Source of the DNA: an uncultured archaeon
GTDB lineage: Archaea > Aenigmatarchaeota > Aenigmatarchaeia > QMZP01 > QMZT01
Length of the DNA: 24,000 nt
Assembly: GCA_965552715.1 (NCBI GenBank)
Contig: CBEVTC010000002.1
Location: forward strand, 11,927-35,926
Direction: 5' to 3'
Part shown: piece after piece, positions 10,029 through 18,421 of the stretch
How positions within the stretch are numbered: the first letter of the stretch is position 1
Layout: every line of letters starts with the position of its first letter
Translations under genes and position numbers: made by a program
The notes under the pieces: generated by a model
Seen by the model: the letters and a program-made list of their open reading frames with translations, nothing else
What the model was told of the DNA's origin: nothing
Database searches by the model: none

Positions 10029-10535
10029 ATGAATATTTGGTATCTGATAACCCTTATAGGGGAGCCGGAGATGTGGATGGTTTCCACTGGGATTCTTCTG
10101 GTTTTATATTTATTCCTAAGGAAGAAACTGGACAATGAAAAAAAGGATATTGTAAAAAAGGGTTTTTTCGTTTTTATAGTGAGCGTTTGGTTGACGCTGG
10201 GAGTGGTCTTCGGTCTGAAAAGCGTTATAAACATCGAGAGAACCTGCATACCCTGCGAACCTCCTGTGGAGGGGTGCAACCCCTATTGCCCCAGTGACAG
10301 CACATTCCCTTCCGGGCATTCTGCAGTGATATTCGCTGTTTTCTCCTCAATTTACGTGAACATCCGTAAGAAATGGTTTGCCCCCTTGTTCCTGATACCC
10401 TTCTTTGTGTCCATCTCTAGATATTTCCTCTTTGTCCATAACATGATCGATATAGTGTTCGGAACAGTGATAGGCGTTTTCATCCCGATAATCGTGCTCG
10501 CTCTTTATGAGAAAATCCTAGGCTTTAAATCTTAA
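10029..10535 (+). CDS. PAP2-superfamily membrane phosphatase (phosphatidic acid / polyprenyl-diphosphate phosphatase-like)
   Basis: Multi-pass hydrophobic protein with the three PAP2 motifs: K-x6-R (KSVINIERT), PSGHS, and SRYFLFVHNMID (S-R-x5-H-x3-D). The ORF track starts at TTG 9987; the first ATG is 10029. Confidence 0.7.
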   Translation: MNIWYLITLIGEPEMWMVSTGILLVLYLFLRKKLDNEKKDIVKKGFFVFIVSVWLTLGVVFGLKSVINIERTCIPCEPPVEGCNPYCPSDSTFPSGHSAVIFAVFSSIYVNIRKKWFAPLFLIPFFVSISRYFLFVHNMIDIVFGTVIGVFIPIIVLALYEKILGFKS

Positions 10536-11735
10536 AATTCCCCCTATACCGCCCATCTCCTTCAACTGGTTCCCTTCCGTTGTATCGCTAGAAACCATCT
10601 CGACTTCTGTCCCCCTCTCCTCCGCGAGTTTTATAATCTCATCAGTCAAATCCTTCTCCGCGAGTATCTCGTAAAGCTCTTGGCACTTTTCACATTTCTT
10701 TCCCTCTGCTTTCTCCCTTATCATCACCACTTCCTTTTCCTCCCCGCATTTCGGGCAATGAAGCCTTGCCTTCACCCAATCGAGGTGTTCGGAGATAATG
10801 AGTACTTCAACGCTCCCTGTTTTAAGCGTTTCTACAACTTCCTTTATTCCGTATATCGCAAGTCCTGAATCTTTTCCCAGCTCATCGAAGAACCTTCCCA
10901 GCAACTTCTTCTCCTTCATCACAGAAGCTTCCTTCAATGCTTCCTCTGACCTGTTCACGGTCTCATTCAAACCGTATTCCCCTGTATATGAGGTGTCCAC
11001 AGCGGAGAGTATTTTCTTTTGAAAATCGTATCTCAGAAATTTACCCTCGACAAATTTGTCCTTCACATAACCCGGTCCCCCTATTATCACACCCTTCAGA
11101 TCCTTTAACTCGCTGAAGTGTTGAGAAGCGATATCACCGACCTTTTTCATGAAGTCATGAAGTAAACCCTCTCTGACCCTGGCAAAACGGGAGGCTGACC
11201 ACCCCCCTTTATCCGTCTTTCCCGGGACCAAGGATTCCATGTGCTTAAGGGATTTCACCTTTTTTCCATGCAATACCCCTACTTCGGCTTCGGATTTGTC
11301 AAGAACTATCAACCCGTATATCTCCTTCTCCCTTATCATATCCTTTAAAGGGTCAAGGACGAATTTCTGGTCGCACCAGTAAAGCCTCTGTTTTAAGGGC
11401 TCGGGAGGCTCGAGCACGTAAATCTCGATATCCGCGACACCTTCCCTTTCCGAGACATTTCCCGAAAAAATGACCAGACCGTTCTCAGGAGTTCGCTTAT
11501 AGAGTTTCAGATGCTGAATAATCCTCTCGAGCGCGGACATCACGTTCTTCTTAACGGTCTTTGACTTTATGTTCTGGGCAGTGGATTTCTCGTTCGTGAT
11601 CTGATCCACCACATTGTTGAGGTTGTGCCCAGCAGGAATATACACAGAAACGAGCTCGGTATGCCTACCCCTAAACCCGTCTAGTTCTTCGACTAAATCT
11701 TTCAGCCTTCTCTTCCGGATATCCTCCTTCGTCAT
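10518..11735 (-). CDS. prf1: Archaeal peptide chain release factor aRF1 homolog with a non-canonical GGW in place of GGQ
   Basis: NIKS motif (TAQNIKSK, 11562-11573), Y-x-C-x3-F motif (YWCDQKF) and a domain-3 zinc ribbon (CPKCG...CEKCQ) identify aRF1. The GGQ position reads KGGWSASRFARVRE (GGW = 11199-11207). The ORF track starts at GTG 11744. ATG 11735 sits 6 nt after AAGGTG (11742-11747), which serves better as the RBS. Confidence 0.85.
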   Translation of the reverse strand: MTKEDIRKRRLKDLVEELDGFRGRHTELVSVYIPAGHNLNNVVDQITNEKSTAQNIKSKTVKKNVMSALERIIQHLKLYKRTPENGLVIFSGNVSEREGVADIEIYVLEPPEPLKQRLYWCDQKFVLDPLKDMIREKEIYGLIVLDKSEAEVGVLHGKKVKSLKHMESLVPGKTDKGGWSASRFARVREGLLHDFMKKVGDIASQHFSELKDLKGVIIGGPGYVKDKFVEGKFLRYDFQKKILSAVDTSYTGEYGLNETVNRSEEALKEASVMKEKKLLGRFFDELGKDSGLAIYGIKEVVETLKTGSVEVLIISEHLDWVKARLHCPKCGEEKEVVMIREKAEGKKCEKCQELYEILAEKDLTDEIIKLAEERGTEVEMVSSDTTEGNQLKEMGGIGGILRFKA

Positions 11736-11779
11736 AGCAAACACCTTATTTACGAATAGAGTTTAGTTTCGTTTGCTTA

Positions 11780-11787
11780 TATTTAAA
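11780..11787 (-). promoter_or_regulatory. Candidate TATA box (TTTAAATA) for aRF1
   Basis: The minus strand reads TTTAAATA, an exact TTTAWATA match, 45 nt upstream of ATG 11735, leaving room for a short leader carrying the AAGGTG RBS. Confidence 0.4.
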
Positions 11788-11791
11788 AAAA
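11785..11791 (-). terminator. Candidate oligo-T terminator at the 3' end of the propeller array
   Basis: T7 run on the minus strand beginning 8 nt after the stop of the last array gene (TGA 11799-11801). It abuts the aRF1 TATA box. Confidence 0.4.
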
Positions 11792-11798
11792 GCGTATG

Positions 11799-13148
11799 TC
11801 ACACCCTTGTCTGGAATCTAATGAAATTATTCTGGAACATATCGGGATTCAAGGCCAGAACTTCCTCAAACATCACGAAGCTCGTATCGTAATCTGATTT
11901 TGTCTTGTATTCCGTTTCGCTAGAGTATTCGCTTTCGATGTGGTAGTCTGAGAGGGAGATTGCTTCTTCTTGCCTGGACTTGTACCTGTCTTCGCTTATT
12001 ATATCTTCTGTGCGGGTTTCCTTTTTTATCTCCACGCTGAAGAACTCCTGCAGCGGCGGGAGATAGGACTGGGCCATGCTCGAAGTCGGGCATCTCCACA
12101 GTTCCTTTCTCCTGTCAACGTCTATCGCGTACATATAACAGTCCCACGAACCGATGTAAATTATGTTGCCCTTTAACAGGAATTTGCCGAAAAGGCCGCC
12201 CCCTGTCCGGAACCTCCAGACTTCCTTTCCGTTCATGTCAAGGAAGTAAACATTCCCATCCTCACAGCCGAATATGACCATGTTCTTGTAAACCCTGGGG
12301 AACTGGGCGGTTATCGAATCGCCAGCGCGGAACCTCCACAGTTCTTTGCCTTCTAGCGTAAGGGCGTACAAATGACCGTCCCTCGTGCCAAAATAAATTA
12401 TATCATTGTATATGCTGGGAACGCTCCCGCCGACCCCGTATTTTCCTGTTCTGAATCTCCAGATTTCTTTTCCCGTCTTTGTATCTACGGCGTACAGGTA
12501 ATTGTCCATGCAACCAAGGTATACTACACCTTTGTGTATGATGAACGGTGAATTGTTTATCATTTCGTCTCCTGTCTTGAACCTCCAAATCTCCTTCCCT
12601 GTCTTCGCATCAAGGCAGTAGAGGTTGTGGTCATAAGAACTTATGTAAACCTTCCCGTCCTGAACCAGGGAAGCTGAACATACTTCGCCACCTGTCTTGA
12701 ATCTCCATATTTCCTCTCCTTTCTCCGCGTCAAGGCAGTAAACATTTTCGTCCCTTGAGCCGAAATAAACCCTCCCTTCGTAAACAAATGGTGAACTGAA
12801 TATTTCACCGGATGTTTTGAAAACCCAGAGAGCTTCCCTGCTTTTTATGTCAACCCTGTACATGTTTCCGTCATAAGAACCTATCATTATGGATTCCTTG
12901 AACAGGACAGGCGAAGAGCCTAGAATCATGTCATTGGTCTTGAACCTCCACGCAACTTTACCGGTTTTGGAATTCACCGCATAAAGATAACCATCATTCG
13001 CCCCGAAATAAACCAATCCTCTATACATTAAGGGGTTGCTGTCTATGCTTCCTCCCTTTGTGATTCTCCATATCCTGTCGTATGATTTTATCTTCTTCAC
13101 TTCGAAATCCTCAAGCTCTGCTTCAAAACCTTCAAACTCGAAATCCAT
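11799..13148 (-). CDS. PQQ-like 8-bladed beta-propeller repeat protein, array copy 1 (3'-most)
   Basis: 449 aa. Eight ~40-aa blades ending in G-K-E-[IV]-W-R-F-[KR]-T-G-type motifs (GKVAWRFKT ... RKELWRCPT). N-terminus MDFEFEGFE. S-[DE]-Y hexad tail present. Unique C-terminus, because no gene overlaps it. Confidence 0.85.
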   Translation of the reverse strand: MDFEFEGFEAELEDFEVKKIKSYDRIWRITKGGSIDSNPLMYRGLVYFGANDGYLYAVNSKTGKVAWRFKTNDMILGSSPVLFKESIMIGSYDGNMYRVDIKSREALWVFKTSGEIFSSPFVYEGRVYFGSRDENVYCLDAEKGEEIWRFKTGGEVCSASLVQDGKVYISSYDHNLYCLDAKTGKEIWRFKTGDEMINNSPFIIHKGVVYLGCMDNYLYAVDTKTGKEIWRFRTGKYGVGGSVPSIYNDIIYFGTRDGHLYALTLEGKELWRFRAGDSITAQFPRVYKNMVIFGCEDGNVYFLDMNGKEVWRFRTGGGLFGKFLLKGNIIYIGSWDCYMYAIDVDRRKELWRCPTSSMAQSYLPPLQEFFSVEIKKETRTEDIISEDRYKSRQEEAISLSDYHIESEYSSETEYKTKSDYDTSFVMFEEVLALNPDMFQNNFIRFQTRV

Positions 13149-14473
13149 AACTCCTCACCTTCTAAAACTCCTTCAAACAAAACAAACTCCACATCATAGT
13201 CACTTTTTTGCTTGTATTCGCTTTCACTCGAATACTCACTCTCTACGTGATAGTCAGAAAGCGAAACGATTTCTTCCTTCTTCTTGTACTTGCTTTCCTC
13301 TACAGCCTCTTTAATCCCCGTTTCCTTTTTGATCTCCATTTTGAAAACTTCATAGGCAGGAGGAATATAAGCGGGTGTGCTGCTGCTTGTTGAGAATCTC
13401 CATGCTTCTTCATGTGTCCGTACGTTTACCTTATATAAATAGCAATCCCAGGAACCGAAGAATATGTAATCCTTCCACAGGAAAGCGGATGTCGCAACCA
13501 GACCTCCTGTTTTGAATCTCCACACTTCTTTCCCTGTTTCAATATCGAGAACATAAAGATTCCCGTCCTCCGAGCCGAAGTACACCTTTGAATCATGAAT
13601 TAACGGAAGCTTGTCTATCACTCCTTCTCCCTGCGTTTTAAACCTCCATATTTCCTTCCCTCTCTCTGCCTCTATCGCATAAAAAATCCCGTCCCTTGAT
13701 CCGTAATATAAAACGCCTTTATGTACAGAAGGGCATGTTGCATTACCGTATTTCCCTGTCTTGAACCTCCATACCTCCTTCCCTGTCGAAATATCAACTG
13801 CATAGAGGTTGTTATCGAATGAACTCACGTATACTATGTTCTTGTAGAATGTGAATTGACCTGAGTTGAGGATTTCCCCTCCTGTTTGGAAGCGCCATAT
13901 CTCTTTGCCGTTCTCGGCATCAAGACAATAGAGATTGCTATCATAAGAACCGATAAAGAGTTTCCCATCCTTAACAGAAGGGCTTGAAATGACCTCGTCA
14001 CCTGTCTTGAACCGCCAAACAAGTTCACCTTCATCTGCTTTCAAACAATAAGCATAACCATCCCTACTCCCGAAGTAAACCTTTCCTTTGTGAACGAACG
14101 CTCTTAGGCTTATTCCACCTCCTGTCCTGAAACGCCAAGAGAGCTTGCCCGTGTTTTTGTTTATCACATAAAAATACCCGTCATGAGAACCAACGTAAAG
14201 ATAGTTTCCATGTATTATAGGAGAAGAATCGAGAAAAACGCCACCTGTTTTGAATCTCCAGATTTCCTCTCCGCTTTCACAATCAATACAGTAAACGTAC
14301 TGGTCCATTACAGCTATGTATATCTTGTCATTTTCTATTACAGGTTGCGCACAAACGCTCCCTCCCTCTTTCACCTTCCATACCCTGTCGAATTTCTTTA
14401 CCTGCTTGATTTCCATATCTTCTAGTTCAGTCTCGAAATCGGATGGTTCGAAACCTTCAAATCCGAAGTCCAT
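13097..14473 (-). CDS. PQQ-like 8-bladed beta-propeller repeat protein, array copy 2
   Basis: 458 aa. Eight W-R-F-K-T-G blades (SGEEIWRFKTGG ... THEEAWRFSTSS). N-terminus MDFGFEGFE, tail SLSDYHVESEYSSESEYKQKSDYD. 52-nt overlap with copy 1. Confidence 0.85.
   Translation of the reverse strand: MDFGFEGFEPSDFETELEDMEIKQVKKFDRVWKVKEGGSVCAQPVIENDKIYIAVMDQYVYCIDCESGEEIWRFKTGGVFLDSSPIIHGNYLYVGSHDGYFYVINKNTGKLSWRFRTGGGISLRAFVHKGKVYFGSRDGYAYCLKADEGELVWRFKTGDEVISSPSVKDGKLFIGSYDSNLYCLDAENGKEIWRFQTGGEILNSGQFTFYKNIVYVSSFDNNLYAVDISTGKEVWRFKTGKYGNATCPSVHKGVLYYGSRDGIFYAIEAERGKEIWRFKTQGEGVIDKLPLIHDSKVYFGSEDGNLYVLDIETGKEVWRFKTGGLVATSAFLWKDYIFFGSWDCYLYKVNVRTHEEAWRFSTSSSTPAYIPPAYEVFKMEIKKETGIKEAVEESKYKKKEEIVSLSDYHVESEYSSESEYKQKSDYDVEFVLFEGVLEGEELWISSLKVLKQSLRISK
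13151..13159 (-). promoter_or_regulatory. Embedded Shine-Dalgarno (GGTGAGGAG) for copy 1
   Basis: Purine-rich anti-16S-like motif 2 nt upstream of ATG 13148, inside the coding tail of copy 2. Confidence 0.45.
13152..13282. repeat. 131-nt perfect direct repeat, copy A (C-terminal tail coding region of array copy 2)
   Basis: Base-by-base comparison shows 13152-13282 is identical to 14477-14607 (offset 1325). The flanks diverge at 13151/14476 and 13283/14608. Confidence 0.9.
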
Positions 14474-15786
14474 ATTTCCTCACCTTCTAAAACTCCTTCA
14501 AACAAAACAAACTCCACATCATAGTCACTTTTTTGCTTGTATTCGCTTTCACTCGAATACTCACTCTCTACGTGATAGTCAGAAAGCGAAACGATTTCTT
14601 CCTTCTTTTCCTTGTATTTGTCTTCCTGAACACTTTCGTCCATGTGTGTCGACTTCTTTATTTCAGCCTTGAAGCTGGAATAGGGAGACATGACAGATGA
14701 TGGCGTGTTGTTGCTTGTTGTAAACCTCCATATTTCTTTACCTGTCAAAGCATCAAGAGCATGCACGTGACAGGCCCACGTTCCGAATAAAATCTTTCCT
14801 TCATGGTGGGAAGCGATATCCCACATCAGCCCTTCTATGTTGAACCTCCACAGTTCTTTGCCCTCCAGACTGATACATCTGAAGTAACCGTCTTCAGACC
14901 CGAAGTAAAGTTTGTCACCAACAGGCAGAGGCTGTGTAATAAGACTACCTGTTCTGAACCTCCATATTTCTTTGCCTTCAAGTGAAATAGCGAATAGTAT
15001 TCCGTCACGGGTTCCTTGATACAGAACTCCTTTGTATAGAAGAGGTGGTTCTGATATGCCGTATTTTCCCGTTCGGAACCTCCATACCTCCTTCCCTGTT
15101 CTGTGGTCGAGACAGTAGGTGTTGCAGTCGAATGAACCAAAGAAAATCATATTCCCTAATATCGGACAAGCTGCATCATTATGTATTAAATCACCAGTCT
15201 TGAAACGCCATATCTCCTTTCCGGTTGAAAAGTCCAGACAGTAAAAGTTAGAGTCAACAGAACCTATAAACACCTTGTTTTTGTAAATAGTTGCTCCTGA
15301 AAGGATGTCATCTCCTGTCTTAAATGTCCATTTTTCCTTTCCTGTTTTAGCGTTTATGGCATACAAGTATCCTCCCTTTGTTCCAACAACCAAAATTCCA
15401 TTCCCATAAATAGGCCCGTCGAACATTTCAGCATTCGCTCGAAACCTCCAGATTTCCTTGCCAGTTTTTCTATCCAATGCATAGCAGTTCTGGTCAAAAC
15501 AGGAGAAAAATACTTTATCACCCACAACTTCCGCTCGCCCCATTATAATTCCTCCTGTGGCGAATCTCCAGATTTCCTTCCCCGTTTCCAAATCAACTGC
15601 GTAAAAATACTTGTCAGCTGCCCCGAAATAAGCGACCCCTTCATGAATTTTTGTGTAGCAAATACTTCCTCCAGTCCCAATTTCCCACAGTCTTTCGAAT
15701 CTCTTGACTCTCTTTATCTCTACATCTTCAATGTCTACATCGAAGTCCGTGAATCCGGACTCAAATGTTCCGAAGCCGAAGTCCAT
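14422..15786 (-). CDS. PQQ-like 8-bladed beta-propeller repeat protein, array copy 3
   Basis: 454 aa. Eight blades (TGKEIWRFATGG ... TGKEIWRFTTSN). N-terminus MDFGFGTFE. The tail region is nucleotide-identical to copy 2 over 131 nt. Confidence 0.85.
   Translation of the reverse strand: MDFGFGTFESGFTDFDVDIEDVEIKRVKRFERLWEIGTGGSICYTKIHEGVAYFGAADKYFYAVDLETGKEIWRFATGGIIMGRAEVVGDKVFFSCFDQNCYALDRKTGKEIWRFRANAEMFDGPIYGNGILVVGTKGGYLYAINAKTGKEKWTFKTGDDILSGATIYKNKVFIGSVDSNFYCLDFSTGKEIWRFKTGDLIHNDAACPILGNMIFFGSFDCNTYCLDHRTGKEVWRFRTGKYGISEPPLLYKGVLYQGTRDGILFAISLEGKEIWRFRTGSLITQPLPVGDKLYFGSEDGYFRCISLEGKELWRFNIEGLMWDIASHHEGKILFGTWACHVHALDALTGKEIWRFTTSNNTPSSVMSPYSSFKAEIKKSTHMDESVQEDKYKEKKEEIVSLSDYHVESEYSSESEYKQKSDYDVEFVLFEGVLEGEEIWTSDLKVSNHPISRLN
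14477..14607. repeat. 131-nt perfect direct repeat, copy B (C-terminal tail coding region of array copy 3)
   Basis: Identical to 13152-13282. Explains the identical spurious plus-strand peptides (PHLLKLLQTKQTPHHSHFFACIRFHSNTHSLRDSQKAKRFLPS) in ORFs 13036-13314 and 14316-14672. Confidence 0.9.
14478..14484 (-). promoter_or_regulatory. Embedded Shine-Dalgarno (GGTGAGG) for copy 2
   Basis: 4 nt upstream of ATG 14473, inside copy 3. Confidence 0.45.
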
Positions 15787-17102
15787 ATTCTTTCAACCTC
15801 CATGATATTTTCAAATATTACAAAACTTGTGTCGTAGTCTGATTTTTGTTTATACTCCGATTCGCTCGAGTATTCAGTGGTGATTTGGTAGTCCGATAGC
15901 GACACGGTTTCTTCTTTCTTTTTAGATTTATATTTTTCCTCTGTTATCGCGTCTTCAACGTGCGTTTCCTTCTTCACTTCAGCCTCCCATGCATCAGTAG
16001 GAGGAGGCCATTCTGCCTGGGCAGTGTTACTGGTTGCGAATCTCCATAATTCCTTCCTTGTCGCGATGTCAACTGCATATAAATGACAGTCCCAGGAAGT
16101 GAAATAAATCACTCCGTCTTTTATGACAGGTTGCCAGAAAACATCACCGTCTGTCCTAAATCTCCACACCTCTTTTCCTTCCATTGTCAAGCAATAAAGA
16201 TTGTTGTCTTCTGAACCTACATAAATAAGGTTGTCATGAATTGTTGGCAACGCAACAAGACCACCGGTTTTAAACCTCCATATCTCCTTGCCGTTTTCGT
16301 CAACTGCGTAGAGTATTCCATCCCTTGAATGTATGTAAAGGACATTTTCGTGTATAACAGGTCCTGCAGCACTTCCGTATTTGCCTGTTTTAAACCTCCA
16401 GATTTCCTTCCCTGTTTCCGCGTTCAGGCAGTAAAGATAATTATCGAAAGATGGGACAAAAACCCTTCCTTTCCATACCTTTCCAGGATAAACGTCGTAA
16501 ATTTCATCTCCTGTCTGGAATCTCCATATTTCTTTTCCAGTCTCTTCATCAATGCAGTAAAAATTCGAATCAAAAGAAGCTATGAAAACCCTTCTTTCAT
16601 GAACAAGAGGTGTCGCAACTATCCAGTCGCCTGTTTTGAATCTCCAGATTTCTTTTCCAGTATTCTTGTCCACGCAATAAAGATAACCATCCTTTGAGCC
16701 GATGTAAACCCTGTCTCCACTTAACATCGCGCAGGCGAGTATCTCACCGCCTGTCTTGAAATTCCAGATAAGGCTTCCGTCATGAGGGTTTATTGCATAC
16801 AGATTGTAATCATAATTTCCTATGAATATCGTTTTACCATCGGTAACAGGAGAAGATTCCATGAAAATTCCGTTGGCCTTCATCCTCCATCTTTCTATTC
16901 CAGTTCTCCTGTCCACAGCATAAAGAAAATTATCTACTGAACCGAACATTATCAAATCCTCGAATATAAGGGGTTTCTGGTCTATGCTCCCTCCCTTTCC
17001 AATCCTGAAAAGCCTGTCGAACTTCTTGGTCTTCTTCATCACAATATCTTCTATTTCCACATCAAAGTCTGAAGTTTCGAAACTCTTGAACCCGATATCC
17101 AT
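15735..17102 (-). CDS. PQQ-like 8-bladed beta-propeller repeat protein, array copy 4
   Basis: 455 aa. Same blade periodicity. N-terminus MDIGFKSFE, tail SLSDYQITTEYSSESEYKQKSDYD. Confidence 0.85.
   Translation of the reverse strand: MDIGFKSFETSDFDVEIEDIVMKKTKKFDRLFRIGKGGSIDQKPLIFEDLIMFGSVDNFLYAVDRRTGIERWRMKANGIFMESSPVTDGKTIFIGNYDYNLYAINPHDGSLIWNFKTGGEILACAMLSGDRVYIGSKDGYLYCVDKNTGKEIWRFKTGDWIVATPLVHERRVFIASFDSNFYCIDEETGKEIWRFQTGDEIYDVYPGKVWKGRVFVPSFDNYLYCLNAETGKEIWRFKTGKYGSAAGPVIHENVLYIHSRDGILYAVDENGKEIWRFKTGGLVALPTIHDNLIYVGSEDNNLYCLTMEGKEVWRFRTDGDVFWQPVIKDGVIYFTSWDCHLYAVDIATRKELWRFATSNTAQAEWPPPTDAWEAEVKKETHVEDAITEEKYKSKKKEETVSLSDYQITTEYSSESEYKQKSDYDTSFVIFENIMEVERIWTSASEHLSPDSRTSM
15796..15801 (-). 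promoter_or_regulatory. Embedded Shine-Dalgarno (GGAGGT) for copy 3
   Basis: 9 nt upstream of ATG 15786, inside copy 4, within the codons atg gag gtt gaa. Confidence 0.55.
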
Positions 17103-18421
17103 AATTCCTCCTCCTTTGTAGCGTTTTCAAAAATGACCAAGTCTATGTCATACTGCGACTTCTGCTTGTAATCTGAAACTGTTGTCGAGTATTCAGATTT
17201 CACCCCGTAATCATCGAGTTTTGCCTCTTCTGTTTTGGAAAGGTAGTGTTTATCAGAAGTTTCCACGTTTAAGTCGGTCTTCAGTTCAGGTTTAATAATA
17301 ACCTGTTCTTTTATCTTAAGTTGAGACTGCATTTTACTTGAGGTTTCAAATCTCCAAACTTCTTCACCTGTTTTCGCTTCCAGTGCGTACAGATAACAGT
17401 CGTAAGATCCGAAAACTATCATACCGTTCCAGTAGACCGCATCAGCCCATATTGCTGCACCAGTCTTGAATTTCCACAGCATTTTACCATCATTCGCTGT
17501 CAATGCATACAAGTTCCCGTCAACTGAACCAAAATAAACTACATTATCATGTATAAGCGGGTGAATGTCGCCCACGAAATTTTCAGCCCTGAACCTCCAG
17601 ATCTCTTTGCCAGTTTCCATATCTAGGGCGTAAAAGTTATTGTCATGAGCCCCGAAGTACAAAACCCCATTGCACAGAAGAGGTGTCACTTCTGTCCTGT
17701 CTCCTGTCTTGAACCTCCATACCTCTTGGCCTGTTTCCATATTAACAGCATAAAGATATCTGTCAGAAGAAGGGAAGTACATTATCCCTTTTTGGTGCGG
17801 AGCAGGTCTGTAGTGAAGGATGGCTCCACCTGTCTTGAACCTCCATACCTCCTTCCTAGTTTTTATGTCAACAGCATAAACATAGCCATCACCTGAACCA
17901 ACGTACATTATCCCGTTCAATACCAGTGGTCCTGTACCTACCCAGTCACCTGTCTTGAATCTCCATAGTTCCTGGCCTGTTTTTTCGTCAACTGCATATA
18001 CATTCCCATCGAATGATGAGAAGTACAGAATATCGTCATGTAAAGAAGCTTGCGAAGTTATCCTCCCGCCGGTTTTGAACTTCCATACGAACTCCCCCTT
18101 AGTTATATCCACCTTATACATATACCCACCATGGCATCCGTGATAGTAATTGTTTCCATACAATGAAGGCCTGGCTTCAACGAAACGGCCGGAAGCCTTT
18201 AGCTTCCATACTTCTTTTCCGTTTCTAAGATCAACAGCGTATATGTAATTATCGCATGCACCGAAGTACATTATATCGTCTTTGATGACACCGCAATTTG
18301 AAATGCTCCCGCCGAATCCCACGTCCCAGCTGACGCTGTAGAACTTTGGCTTCTCCACCACAAGGTCTGTCATCTCTGTCTCAAATTCAGACGATCCAAT
18401 TCCTTCGAGACCAAACTCCAT
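17051..18421 (-). CDS. PQQ-like 8-bladed beta-propeller repeat protein, array copy 5 (most divergent)
   Basis: 456 aa. Eight blades (NGKEVWKLKASG ... TGEEVWRFETSS). Degenerate termini: MEFGLEGIG at the N-terminus and tail DDYGVKSEYSTTVSDYKQKSQYD. Confidence 0.82.
   Translation of the reverse strand: MEFGLEGIGSSEFETEMTDLVVEKPKFYSVSWDVGFGGSISNCGVIKDDIMYFGACDNYIYAVDLRNGKEVWKLKASGRFVEARPSLYGNNYYHGCHGGYMYKVDITKGEFVWKFKTGGRITSQASLHDDILYFSSFDGNVYAVDEKTGQELWRFKTGDWVGTGPLVLNGIMYVGSGDGYVYAVDIKTRKEVWRFKTGGAILHYRPAPHQKGIMYFPSSDRYLYAVNMETGQEVWRFKTGDRTEVTPLLCNGVLYFGAHDNNFYALDMETGKEIWRFRAENFVGDIHPLIHDNVVYFGSVDGNLYALTANDGKMLWKFKTGAAIWADAVYWNGMIVFGSYDCYLYALEAKTGEEVWRFETSSKMQSQLKIKEQVIIKPELKTDLNVETSDKHYLSKTEEAKLDDYGVKSEYSTTVSDYKQKSQYDIDLVIFENATKEEELWISGSRVSKLQTLMWK
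17107..17115 (-). promoter_or_regulatory. Embedded Shine-Dalgarno (AGGAGGAGG) for copy 4
   Basis: 4 nt upstream of ATG 17102, inside copy 5. Confidence 0.55.

Noticed and set aside
13036-14672. Plus-strand ORFs inside the array (13036-13314, 14316-14672, 16329-16697, 17645-17896, 23188-23496 and others), two of which share an identical 40+-aa peptide
   Set aside because: They are antisense shadows of the long minus-strand propeller genes. They are low-complexity, have no start-site signals and do not occur at the same position across units. The shared peptide is simply the 131-nt perfect repeat read on the opposite strand.
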